This document shows, piece by piece, positions 36,432 through 45,621 of a stretch of 64,000 nt of DNA. Position 1 is the first letter of the stretch, and the number at the start of each line of letters is the position of its first letter. The position numbers were made by a program, and so were the translations under genes. The notes beneath the pieces are model-generated. The model saw only the letters and a program-made list of their open reading frames with translations. It did no database searches and was not told where the DNA came from. The stretch is from Dehalococcoidia bacterium (GTDB taxonomy: Bacteria > Chloroflexota > Dehalococcoidia > Plut-88900), in contig CBDFLQ010000006.1 of assembly GCA_965249275.1 (NCBI GenBank), forward strand, positions 256,001 through 320,000, written 5' to 3'.

Positions 36432-37181
36432 TCACTGCTCCAACTCGAGCATCCGCTTCTCAGCAGCCTTAATCCTGCGCCGATTGGCGAGCTTTGAAAG
36501 CCATATCCCTATCTCGTAAAGCACGATGATTGGGCTGGCGAGAAGCGTCTGGTTAAAAGGGTCGAACGTGGGTGTAAAGATGGCTGCCGCTATAAACGCA
36601 CCGACAATCGCCAGCTTCCTCCTCTTGGCAAAACTGCCTGGCTTCACAACCCCCAGCCTGGACAACAGGGTCATGACCAGAGGCGTCTGGAACGAAAGCC
36701 CGACCCACAGAGTGAGCGCGAGAATCAAGTTAATGTAGCGGCCGATTCTGATATTGGCCTCGGCAACGTCCCCCCCGAAGGTTAGGAGAAAGTTGAGGGC
36801 AGGGGGAATTAGGATGAACCAGGCAAACACTACGCCCGCAGCAAAGGAGAGGATGATTCCGGGCACGGATACGAGAACATAGCGCTTCTCTCTGGGCGTG
36901 AGGCCCGGGGCTGCGAACATGATCATCTGAAAGAGGACTACGGGCATGGCCAGGATGAATCCACCGAGGAGCGCCACCTTGAAGTAGGTGGTTATAAATT
37001 CAGTGGGGTCGATATAGACCAGCGGGGTATCGCCCGCGGGACCCTTCAGGAATTCCAAAACGCGGAACGTAAACACGGCGGAAATGCCCGTGCCAACTAA
37101 AAGAGCCAGCAGGGACTTGATAAACCGGCTCCGCAGCTCGTTCAGATGCCCCAGTATGGAGATCTTGTCGGGCGCGCTCAT
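36432..37181 (-). CDS. tatC: Twin-arginine translocase TatC
   Basis: HLNELRSR, PTEF..YFK, PGL..REK, FQTP, AAIFTP..DP, LYEIGI. Confidence 0.97.
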   Translation of the reverse strand: MSAPDKISILGHLNELRSRFIKSLLALLVGTGISAVFTFRVLEFLKGPAGDTPLVYIDPTEFITTYFKVALLGGFILAMPVVLFQMIMFAAPGLTPREKRYVLVSVPGIILSFAAGVVFAWFILIPPALNFLLTFGGDVAEANIRIGRYINLILALTLWVGLSFQTPLVMTLLSRLGVVKPGSFAKRRKLAIVGAFIAAAIFTPTFDPFNQTLLASPIIVLYEIGIWLSKLANRRRIKAAEKRMLELEQ

Positions 37182-37471
37182 AGCTGGTGGGGGCCAGTGC
37201 GGTTTGGAGGAGGATCAGCCTTGGGAGAAGGTGTCACGTCCTCTTCCCTATCCTCTGAATGGAAGCCGACCGGCTGGTCGGTCGTAACGGTAGTCTCGGC
37301 CTTTGACTCTTCCACAGCAGCCGAGGCAAGGCCTTGCGCAGCGCGTTGAAACTCCTGGACCGCCCCGCGGAGGGACGTGACAAGTGAGATGAGTTTAGAA
37401 GGCCCGAAAAGCACCAAGGCTAGCGCCAGGATGACTAGGATTTCCAGGATTCCGACGTTTAGCGGGTTCAA
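37178..37471 (-). CDS. tatB: TatA/TatB family subunit
   Basis: NVGILEILVILALALVLFGPSKL; overlaps the tatC start by 4 nt. Confidence 0.85.
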   Translation of the reverse strand: MNPLNVGILEILVILALALVLFGPSKLISLVTSLRGAVQEFQRAAQGLASAAVEESKAETTVTTDQPVGFHSEDREEDVTPSPKADPPPNRTGPHQL

Positions 37472-37567
37472 AACTGAGTATCGCCTGGTTTATCGGCCCA
37501 TTTGACTGGTACCCTTGGGAGTATAGCATGGTGATAGATGTTCCCCCTGATCCCGTTCACATAGAGG

Positions 37568-37611
37568 AGTGACATATCCCTCTTGACTTTATAATACATG
37601 TGTTCTATTAT
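37568..37611 (+). promoter_or_regulatory. sigma70-type promoter with LexA-like box (ncRNA copy 2)
   Basis: AGTGACA-N8-TTGACT-N17-TATTAT; ATACATGTGTTC at 37594-37605. Confidence 0.7.
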
Positions 37612-37616
37612 TGGGC

Positions 37617-38280
37617 CAGTCTAGACCCGACACCCACCTTAAGGAGGTACCGCACAACCTAGGGAAGCCCACCCGACCCACCCGAGGACTCAACGTCTAA
37701 GCCCATCCCAAAGGGCGGCCCACAAGCCGTCCCACGGCTCAAGCGAACGCCGCCATCTCCTCTACCAAGGGCCCCGGCTATCCCTTCCCTGACCATCAGG
37801 CGATGGAAGACGCCCTGGTTCGCTAACGTTCCATGTGAGGCTCCTAACGGAGATGCCGCTCCTTCAAGCGGAATAGCGGTCGGATAGGCCCGGCGCCGAG
37901 GCCCTCTCGGTACACCGACTGCTCAATAAAGCCGGGAGCCGGTGGTCTACGCGCTCCGGGTCGCACCGGCAAACTTGGACACATTACGCCTGCAAGAGGC
38001 CCGGCATCGGACGCTGGACGGGCCTCCTTGCCGCCCTATAGCGGTGCAGCCAACCCCCGGAGTCGGACTCGGACCTGCTGGCCCTGAAGGTCCCTGCCCA
38101 TGTCCAGCGTATACAGGGCCACAGGCCGCAGCAGCGGCAAAAGCGGGCCGGGCGCCCTTGCCTCAGGGCGTCGGAGCACCCGAGGCACAGGAACAGGGGC
38201 AGCGTCCAGCAAGCGTCTTTCATCGCCTTCCCAAAACCCAACAGACAGAACTGAAACCGAAACCCCACAATCGAAGATGG
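37617..38280 (+). ncRNA. Putative novel long structured ncRNA, copy 2 (~660 nt, ends estimated)
   Basis: Paralog of 18180-18775; helices 37660-67/37784-91 and 37798-813/38213-228; tail AAACCCCACAATCGAA. Confidence 0.7.
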
Positions 38281-38387
38281 AACATCCGCCTCTGGAGGAC
38301 TGAAGAAAACGCCGGTGTGTCACTAATCTATTGAACGAATACACCCCCTTTCCCCTCCTCCCCTAACCCTGTTAACATTCTCGGCGC

Positions 38388-38681
38388 ATGGAACGGGAAC
38401 AGCTTCAGCAATTGATCTTCGAATCCGTCGAGGATTCTGCCATCGAACGATTTAAGGGCCGAGTCCCAGTCGGCCTCGGCAGGTCCACCGCCCGTGCCCT
38501 CATGTTCAAGATCACCTGCGATTGCGGCGTTACCGCCATGCTGTCGGTTGATACACCGGAAGAGGCCTCGGAAGAGAAGATCCACGACATGGTCCCCCAT
38601 CTAGCCAAAACCCTCGACAATCAGGCCTCCCAGTTCAAGCGCATCCCCTGTGATGCCCACTCCCGCATGTCTATGGGGTAG
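38388..38681 (+). CDS. Hypothetical protein with CxC and CxxH motifs
   Basis: Protein-like composition; ITCDCG and PCDAH; ends 24 nt before the FAD oxidase. Confidence 0.75.
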   Translation: MEREQLQQLIFESVEDSAIERFKGRVPVGLGRSTARALMFKITCDCGVTAMLSVDTPEEASEEKIHDMVPHLAKTLDNQASQFKRIPCDAHSRMSMG

Positions 38682-38705
38682 CCTTTCCCACGCCAGGAGA
38701 AAATC

Positions 38706-39821
38706 ATGCAATCATCGGACGTTGTCATACTGGGCGGAGGAATCGCCGGTTGCCTCACCGCCTACTACTTGGCGCAGCGCGGGGTCAAAGCCACTGTCGT
38801 AGAGCGAGAGGCTATCGGAAGCCACGCCTCCGGATACGCTTTCGGGGGCCTGAGCTACCATAGCGGCTCCGGAATCCCCGGCCCGGTCTTCCCCATTGCC
38901 AAGGCCGGCTACTTCCTCCACGAAGATCTTTACGATGACCTCCTCGAAGTCACGGGCGTCGATACCCATTACCGCAAGGGCGCCAACGTCAAGATTGCCT
39001 TCACTTCTGAGGAGGCGCGAGACCTCGAAGAGGAAGTCGCCTGGCAGACCGAACTCGGCATCGATTCCAAGATCATCGACCTTGCCCAGGTCCAGCAGAT
39101 CGAACCTCGCGTAAATCCCGAGGCCATCAGTTTCCGATACATCGAGGAGTCAGCTGCGGTGGAAGCTTACCGATTGTCTGTCGCTGTTATGCAGGCTGCA
39201 GAGAAGCTAGGTGCAGTCCTAAGGCACGGCAACGCCGTTGGCATAAAACGTAACGGCTCCCGCCCAGAGGCCATATTGACTGAGAGTGGTGAGGAAATAC
39301 CCTGTGACACCGTAGTCGTGGCCATGGGCCCATGGAGCACCGATGCCGCTTCCTGGCTCGATTTTCCCGTGCCAATTTGGCCCCTCAAAGGACAGATAGT
39401 CCGACTCGAGATGCCCGGGGAGCCCTTAGCCTGCTGGTTCGGATACCACGACAGTTACTGTGGCACCAAGGCTGACGGCCTAACCTGGTGCGGCACCACC
39501 GAGGAGAATGCAGGATTCGACGTGAGTACTCACGTCCAGGCCATGAATAGCGTCATTTCCGACGCCGTTAAGATGATCCCCTCCCTCGCCGACGCCCGTC
39601 TCGCCCTGCAGACCGCCTGCCTCCGCCCCATGGCCTCCGACCTCTTTCCCATCGTCGGCCCCGTACCCGGATGGGAGGGCGTCTACATGTGCACCGGAGG
39701 CGGCCGTAAAGGCATACTCCTGGGCCCTGGTATGGCCAAAATAGTCGCCGACCTCATTACAACCGGCCAGTCAGACATAGAGCACTCCGGAATCCTCCCC
39801 TCCCGATTCTCCAAAGACTAA
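38706..39821 (+). CDS. FAD-dependent oxidoreductase (glycine oxidase/DAO family)
   Basis: VVILGGGIAG, VAMGPWS, PLKGQ, CLRP, TGGGRKGILLGP. Confidence 0.9.
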   Translation: MQSSDVVILGGGIAGCLTAYYLAQRGVKATVVEREAIGSHASGYAFGGLSYHSGSGIPGPVFPIAKAGYFLHEDLYDDLLEVTGVDTHYRKGANVKIAFTSEEARDLEEEVAWQTELGIDSKIIDLAQVQQIEPRVNPEAISFRYIEESAAVEAYRLSVAVMQAAEKLGAVLRHGNAVGIKRNGSRPEAILTESGEEIPCDTVVVAMGPWSTDAASWLDFPVPIWPLKGQIVRLEMPGEPLACWFGYHDSYCGTKADGLTWCGTTEENAGFDVSTHVQAMNSVISDAVKMIPSLADARLALQTACLRPMASDLFPIVGPVPGWEGVYMCTGGGRKGILLGPGMAKIVADLITTGQSDIEHSGILPSRFSKD

Positions 39822-39884
39822 CCTCGCTTCTACAACCAACTTGTCCCCTCCGTCATTCCGGCCCCCAGTCCACGTCCATTTGCA

Positions 39885-39914
39885 TGTCATCCCGAGGCTC
39901 CGCGAGGGACCTAA
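39885..39914 (+). repeat. REP family A copy, target of IS5
   Basis: TGTCATCCCGAGGCTCCGCGAGGGACCTAA. Confidence 0.85.
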
Positions 39915-41110
39915 GAAACCTCTGAACAAGTCTAAGGGCATAGGTAATAGGTAAGATAGGGAGAGTAAGGCCAAAGCTGAGGTGAGATTTGATGGAGCAG
40001 CCGACATTTGCAGACTTGGAATACGAGGGCAAGAAGCGAAAGACCCGCCGGGAGATATTTCTGGAGCGGATGGAGGACCTGGTTCCATGGGGAAAGTTAG
40101 AGGAGCGAATCCGGCCCTACTATTCCAGGGCGGGCCGTGGACGGAGGCCCTACGAGTTGTCGGTGATGCTGCGGATACACTGCGTGCAGCTGTTCTACAA
40201 CCTGAGCGATCCGGGCATGGAGGACATGCTCTACGAGGTGGAGTCGGTGAGGCGGTTCGCAGGTCTGAGGCTGTCCGGCCCCTTGCCTGACGAGACTACG
40301 ATACTGAACTTCCGCCATCTGCTGGAAGAGCAGGAGTTGGGTCGGGGGCTGTTCGAGGAGATCAACCGTCATCTGGAGTCTCGGGGACTGAGGCTCAGGG
40401 AGGGTACGATTGTGGATGCGAGCATCATCGAGGCGCCGGCGTCTACGAAGAACCGTGCTGGAGAGCGAGACCCCGATATGCACCAGGTGAAGAAGGGGAA
40501 GGAGTGGCACTTCGGTATGAAAGTGCACATTGGTGCAGACGCTGACACGGGGGTGGTGCACAGTATGAGTACGACAGCTGCGAACGTGCATGACGTGACG
40601 GAGGCGCACCGGCTGCTGCATGGAGGGGAGAGGCGAGTGTGGGGAGATGCGGGATATCAGGGAGTGGAGAAGCGGGCGGAGAATCGGGATATGGATGTGG
40701 AGTGGCGGGTGGCGATGAGACCTGGACGGCGTCGGAAACTGAGGGCGGGGAGCTGCGAGGCCTTAGCGGAGAAGAGCAAATCATCCATCAGGGCTAAGGT
40801 GGAGCATCCGTTCCTGTACGTGAAACGGCACTTCGGCTACGCCAAGGTCCGCTACAGGGGCTTGTACAAGAACACGCAACGGGTGGCGATGCTGCTGGGG
40901 CTGGCCAACTTGGTAAGGGCCGAGCGCCACTTAGCGGTGTGACGGAGGAGCAGTGTGGTCAAATCCGGGTCGATGGTGACTGGATGCCCTGACAGGCCAG
41001 AACATAGGATGCAAATAAGCCACCGAGACGCAACATTACGACCCAACCTCTCCCCAAAACTCCATGCAAGACAACCTAAGCTGGTTTACAGTGAGTTGTT
41101 CAGAGCTTCC
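39915..41110 (+). mobile_element. Complete IS5-family insertion sequence (1196 bp)
   Basis: TIRs GAAACCTCTGAACAAGTC / GAGTTGTTCAGAGCTTCC (15/18); 4-bp TSD CTAA at 39911-14 and 41111-14. Confidence 0.92.
39989..40942 (+). CDS. IS5-family transposase
   Basis: TRREIFL, PDETTILNFRH, GTIVDASII, FGMKVHIG.D, WGDAGY, IRAKVEHPF. Confidence 0.96.
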   Translation: MMEQPTFADLEYEGKKRKTRREIFLERMEDLVPWGKLEERIRPYYSRAGRGRRPYELSVMLRIHCVQLFYNLSDPGMEDMLYEVESVRRFAGLRLSGPLPDETTILNFRHLLEEQELGRGLFEEINRHLESRGLRLREGTIVDASIIEAPASTKNRAGERDPDMHQVKKGKEWHFGMKVHIGADADTGVVHSMSTTAANVHDVTEAHRLLHGGERRVWGDAGYQGVEKRAENRDMDVEWRVAMRPGRRRKLRAGSCEALAEKSKSSIRAKVEHPFLYVKRHFGYAKVRYRGLYKNTQRVAMLLGLANLVRAERHLAV

Positions 41111-41204
41111 CTAAGGCATAAGTCCGGTAATCTCACTCCTCTTAGACTACCACCCGAGCCTAAGAGAATTCCCTCTCCCCCTGTCATTTGTCCACCCCCC
41201 AGAC

Positions 41205-41250
41205 AAAAAGAACCTCCGGACTGCTCGTTTAACCGACAGTCCGGAGGTCT
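41205..41250 (-). terminator. Rho-independent terminator after rpsT
   Basis: ACCTCCGGACTG/CAGTCCGGAGGT stem followed by a U-tract on the minus strand. Confidence 0.8.
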
Positions 41251-41292
41251 CTAATCTCAATTGGGCCGGGAGGAGTAAGATGAAGCGCTTAG

Positions 41293-41622
41293 CTACTTCT
41301 TCTTAGCGCTCCCACGACGCCCCGATCCCGCCTTGGCCTTGGCCGACGGTGTCGGGTCGCTCATCATCTTGTTAAGGCTCTTCATAAGCCTCGACGCGGT
41401 CCTGGATGCCTTGTTCGGGTGTATGTAACCCCGGGACCCGGCCTTGTCCAAAGAAGACACCGCCGCCCGCGCCGATCTCTGCGCCGCGGCCACGTCTCCC
41501 TGTTCCGCCGAAGTCCTCGCGATCTTAACTGTTGTTTTCAGGGCGCTTGTCACGCGGCGGTTTATTACCGTCTTTCGTGCTGTCACCCTTGCCGATTTCT
41601 CTGCGGACTTTGAATTGGCCAA
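41293..41622 (-). CDS. rpsT: 30S ribosomal protein S20 with basic C-terminal extension
   Basis: ANSKSAEK, LDKA..RGYIHPNKASR..SRL. Confidence 0.95.
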   Translation of the reverse strand: MANSKSAEKSARVTARKTVINRRVTSALKTTVKIARTSAEQGDVAAAQRSARAAVSSLDKAGSRGYIHPNKASRTASRLMKSLNKMMSDPTPSAKAKAGSGRRGSAKKK

Positions 41623-41649
41623 TCTGCTAAGTTCCTCCCGACGCTGGGA

Positions 41650-43833
41650 CTATCCGACCGTCTTTACGGACTGCGAAAGGTGATCGCTTCTCCTGACACG
41701 TAGCACTCCCGGCACCGTTTCCAGCCGGTTGAATATCCGGCTAAGCTGGCTGATGCCGTTCGTACCCAGACTCAAGTATTCCGTAACCGTTCCGTCCTCG
41801 TGCGCCTCAGATAATACTCCCGATATGTTTACTTTTTCTGCCGAAACTACTGTCGTTATGTCCCTCAGCAACCCCACCCTGTCCTTGCCTTCGATTTCGA
41901 TTCTAACAGGGTACAGCCGTGCAGTCGAACCCCATCCTACCTCGATTAGCCTCTCCGGTTCCGTCACGTTAGTTATATTGTAACAAGACTTCCGGTGAAC
42001 GCTTACCCCCTGGGCCCGAGTGATGAACCCCATAATTTCGTTGCCTGGCAAGGGCTGGCAACACTTCGCCAGGCGGGTCAGCACGTCTCCCACTCCCAGT
42101 ACCGTGACTCCCCCGGTAAAGCCCGGATCCGTATCCGGCATCGGACCATAGTCGTGCGCTTGCTTCTCCGTACCCGCCAGCCGGGTTGTAATCTGGTGGA
42201 TGCTGATCGCCCCCGACCCGATAGCCGCGTACAGGTCCTCCCTCGTAGTGAAGCTCAGCTTGTCGGCAATCTCATCAACCGTGAATTCTAGCGCTAGCCG
42301 TTTACGCTCTTTCTCGATAAGGTCTTGGCCGCGCTGCATGTTCTCGACCCGTTCCTGTTTCCTGAACCATACGCGGATGGCCTGCCTTGCCCCGGCCGTG
42401 TTCACATACCCCAGGTCCGGGTTCAGCCAGTCGAGCCTCGGCCCCTGGATTCTCTTGCTGGTCAGTATCTGTACCGTGTCCCCGTTCTCCAGCTGATAGT
42501 CCAGCGACGTGAGCTTGCCGTTTACCTTGGCCCCGCTGCACTGATGCCCGATGTCCGTGTGGATCCGGTATGCGAAGTCTATCGGAGTGGCGCCCGCCGG
42601 AAGCTCCTTCACCTCCCCCTTTGGCGTGTACACGAACACCTGGTTCGGTAGCAGGTCCGTCTTGACCGACTCAAGGAACTCCTCCGCCCCCGAAACGTCC
42701 CTTTGCCATTCCAGCAGCTGCCGCACCCACGTCATTCGTTCTTCAAAGTGGCTCGTGCCCTTCGCCCCCTCCTTGTATCGCCAGTGCGCCGCTATCCCAA
42801 ACTCCGACACCTGGTGCATCTCGAATGTGCGGATCTGGATTTCCATCGGCACTCCGCCCTCGGCCATAACACTTGTGTGCAGCGACTGATAGCTGTTCTC
42901 CCGAGGGTTGGCTATGTAGTCGTCAAACTGACCGGGTATCGGATGCCAAAGCGCATGCGCTACTCCCAACGCGCCGTAACAGTCAGCTACTTGCTTCACC
43001 AGGACCCGTAAGGCGAACAGATCGTGAATCTGGTCGAACTCCTTGCCCTGTGCCGTATACCTAGCCATCTTCCGGTGGATGCTGTATATGTGCTTCGGCC
43101 TGCCCGTCACCTCCGCCTCTATCCCGGCATCATCCAACGCCGACTTCAGCAGATACGTCACCTGGGAGACGTAGCGTTCTCGCTTTGCCCTCTTCTGCGT
43201 CAACAAGCGGGATATCTCCCTATACCTATCGGGCTGTAGCACGCGGAAAGCCAGGTCTTCCAGTTTCCACTTCAGATCGGCCATCCCGAGCCGGTGAGCC
43301 AAAGGAGCATAGATGTCCAATGTCTCCCGAGCAACGTTTAGCTGACGCTGTCGGGGCAGTGCCCTGAGCGTGCTCATATTGTGCAGGCGGTCGGCCAGCT
43401 TGATCAGCACCACCCGGATGTCCTGCGCCATAGCGACCAGCATCTTGCGCAGGTTCTCGGCCTGAGTCGCCGAGTCGTCCATGTTGTGCCCGTTTGTCCT
43501 CCGAATCGCCATCAGTTCCAGCCTGGTCAGCTTGGACACCCCATCGACCAGCCGCGACACCTCCGGCCCGAACCGCTCGTCCAGCTGTTCCGGCGTGACA
43601 TCGCAGTCCTCTATCACGTCGTGAAGTAAAGCGGCAGCGATGCAGTTGGCGTCCAGCTTCAGGTCCGCCAGGTGAAGTGCCGTTGAAAGAGGGTGCTGAA
43701 TATACGGCTCCCCCGACATCCGTGCCTGTCCCCTATGACTCAGCTCCGCAAAATCGTACGCGTCTGACACAAACCCGACTCTGTCCTCGGGCAAATACCG
43801 CTCTAAGCTGGATAGAAGCTTATCTTTATTCAT
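41650..43833 (-). CDS. relA: Bifunctional (p)ppGpp synthetase/hydrolase Rel
   Basis: LLHDVIED, KLADRLHNM, GRPKHIYSI, YQSLHT, EIQIRT; TGS, CC and ACT domains. Confidence 0.97.
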   Translation of the reverse strand: MNKDKLLSSLERYLPEDRVGFVSDAYDFAELSHRGQARMSGEPYIQHPLSTALHLADLKLDANCIAAALLHDVIEDCDVTPEQLDERFGPEVSRLVDGVSKLTRLELMAIRRTNGHNMDDSATQAENLRKMLVAMAQDIRVVLIKLADRLHNMSTLRALPRQRQLNVARETLDIYAPLAHRLGMADLKWKLEDLAFRVLQPDRYREISRLLTQKRAKRERYVSQVTYLLKSALDDAGIEAEVTGRPKHIYSIHRKMARYTAQGKEFDQIHDLFALRVLVKQVADCYGALGVAHALWHPIPGQFDDYIANPRENSYQSLHTSVMAEGGVPMEIQIRTFEMHQVSEFGIAAHWRYKEGAKGTSHFEERMTWVRQLLEWQRDVSGAEEFLESVKTDLLPNQVFVYTPKGEVKELPAGATPIDFAYRIHTDIGHQCSGAKVNGKLTSLDYQLENGDTVQILTSKRIQGPRLDWLNPDLGYVNTAGARQAIRVWFRKQERVENMQRGQDLIEKERKRLALEFTVDEIADKLSFTTREDLYAAIGSGAISIHQITTRLAGTEKQAHDYGPMPDTDPGFTGGVTVLGVGDVLTRLAKCCQPLPGNEIMGFITRAQGVSVHRKSCYNITNVTEPERLIEVGWGSTARLYPVRIEIEGKDRVGLLRDITTVVSAEKVNISGVLSEAHEDGTVTEYLSLGTNGISQLSRIFNRLETVPGVLRVRRSDHLSQSVKTVG

Positions 43834-43947
43834 CGCTTACACTTGCCGGAAATCAGCATAAGTCAGTATAGCCCACGCCAACTCACCCTTTCAATTTCAC
43901 CCAGCGTCCCAGTCCCTCACAATCGACGCACTGTTCTTGTGGAGTCT

Positions 43948-44817
43948 TCACGCTTTTGGGCCTCTTCTGGAGGTCCGACGTCGGGACAATCTGCGGTTAA
44001 GGTTTGCGCGCGCGGCAACAATATCTACCTGCGCTTTGACAACTCTATCTAGATCAGCATCCTCCTGGTAATCGGCAGGGACAACACAGTTGACACGGTT
44101 ATCTTTGAGAAACTGGCTAGCTTCCATAAGCGCATTTTTGCCACGGGGTTCATAAACCGCTATGGAGAGTCCACCAGAGTCTTTGACAAGTCTGAAGCAC
44201 GGAATATCATTCGCGCTGTCCCCAACATAGATCATATTTTCAAATGGTACCGGGCGGTCTTTCATCTCTACGAATTCGTTAATCCTCTTGTCATCTGTCA
44301 ATTCGTGCGCGTCTTTGTTGATTCTGAAAAGAAACTGGGTTTTTGTAGTGTAATTAACTACCTGTGCAGGCCACGTGGCGACTTCATGTTGGTCGAACAG
44401 GAACCTGGATGCGTAGATTTCCTTGAAATGCCGCTCTATCTTAGTTCCCTCAATAATTTCTGCATTGCCTGATGACACAATATAATGCTCGTTAGTGACA
44501 TTCTTGCATTCGCTGTAGGCATTAATCCGGTCGAACCATTCTTCGACCCCCTCATAAAACGCAACTCTACTACCTTGCTCACGAAAGCCTTTCCGATCTA
44601 CCTTTACACCTTTCTCATTCGCCTTCTTTAGCATGAGGTGCATATACATCAGGATTTTGTCTGCTTTATTAATTTCACAGAGGTGATTGACCTCCGCCCA
44701 AAAATCTTTAGGGCTCATTCCGATATCAGGAATGAACTGGGGTTCCTGCATATTGCCGGGAGCCAATGTCCCATCAAAGTCATAGATGATTGCTAATCGT
44801 GTGTTCTGCCTGGGCAT
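43948..44817 (-). CDS. HAD-like hydrolase, visibly AT-richer than the flanks
   Basis: AIIYDFDGTLAPGNMQE, YIVSSG, NYTTKTQFLFRINK, IYVGD...D.P; likely start ATG 44817. Confidence 0.85.
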   Translation of the reverse strand: MPRQNTRLAIIYDFDGTLAPGNMQEPQFIPDIGMSPKDFWAEVNHLCEINKADKILMYMHLMLKKANEKGVKVDRKGFREQGSRVAFYEGVEEWFDRINAYSECKNVTNEHYIVSSGNAEIIEGTKIERHFKEIYASRFLFDQHEVATWPAQVVNYTTKTQFLFRINKDAHELTDDKRINEFVEMKDRPVPFENMIYVGDSANDIPCFRLVKDSGGLSIAVYEPRGKNALMEASQFLKDNRVNCVVPADYQEDADLDRVVKAQVDIVAARANLNRRLSRRRTSRRGPKA

Positions 44818-44928
44818 TTCGTGTCCTAACTCATTAAGCCGACGATTCTTGTCTTCACCCGACCCCTCAAACTGCCGACGCACTTCTCCTGACCCAACAA
44901 ACTGGCTCAGAATCGGTAATTTCCCATC

Positions 44929-45148
44929 TCAAGCCGTCAATCCCGCTTGCTCCATACGGAACTCGATTGCGGCGATAGGACTTGGACCCAATCGGATAGT
45001 GCATGTCCTCATAAACCGCCACCAAGTCTACTAGAATGTTAAGTTCCTCTTCCTCCGAAGTGCTTTCTTCCGCGTCGAAGAGCCCCTCGATCCGCGCCAA
45101 CGCGGCTTCGTAGTCTTCTTCTGTTCGGATCGCCCTCATGTTGTTCAT
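44929..45148 (-). pseudogene. higA: HigA antitoxin pseudogene (frameshift plus stop, HTH lost)
   Basis: IRTEEDYEAALARIE.LF...LV.VYED.HYPIG, then in a shifted frame PSPIAAIEFRMEQAGLTA*. Confidence 0.8.
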
Positions 45149-45444
45149 CTGCTCACCTTCTCGGCATTGACACGGTCGTACTCGGCATGAGTCCCGAGCC
45201 ATTTAATGTAGACCATGTTCTGCTGGTAACGGATCCAAACTATCCATCGATATTTGTTACTTCCAACGTCGAATACAACACGATTATTGACCGGGATACT
45301 GGCATTGGTATAGCGATCTTTGAGCTGCGCCGGTGTAGCCCGCTCTGCTTCTCTAACTTCTAGATTCCATGCTTCAAGAGACTGCTCAGAGTCCGGGTGG
45401 CGCTCCCAAAAGTCTCGGAGCGTTTTCTTAGCAATTATCCGCAC
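45145..45444 (-). CDS. higB: HigB family toxin
   Basis: MRIIAKKTLRDFWERHPDS...NRVVF...NKYR...GTHAEYD. Confidence 0.9.
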   Translation of the reverse strand: MRIIAKKTLRDFWERHPDSEQSLEAWNLEVREAERATPAQLKDRYTNASIPVNNRVVFDVGSNKYRWIVWIRYQQNMVYIKWLGTHAEYDRVNAEKVSR

Positions 45445-45621
45445 TGCAAATCATACATGCTCCTCTTACACGACGTAATACATTGGTCCCATTTGTTGAA
45501 CAAGTAGAGCATAGCAACATAGAGCCATCTAAACCCAGGTCCCCAAATCGATGGGCTCGAAGACACGGCCCGGCCTCCGATCATCCAAGAACGGAATCTC
45601 CCAATCCGCTAAAATCCACCC

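Noticed and set aside
37942-38344. ORFs overlapping RNA copy 2
   Set aside because: No SD-linked start, no counterpart in copy 1, and the region is dominated by hairpins.
44818-44928. Possible remnant of a type I R-M methyltransferase C-terminus (RRQFEGS..RLNELGHE) upstream of the HAD gene
   Set aside because: Too short and degenerate to support by eye.
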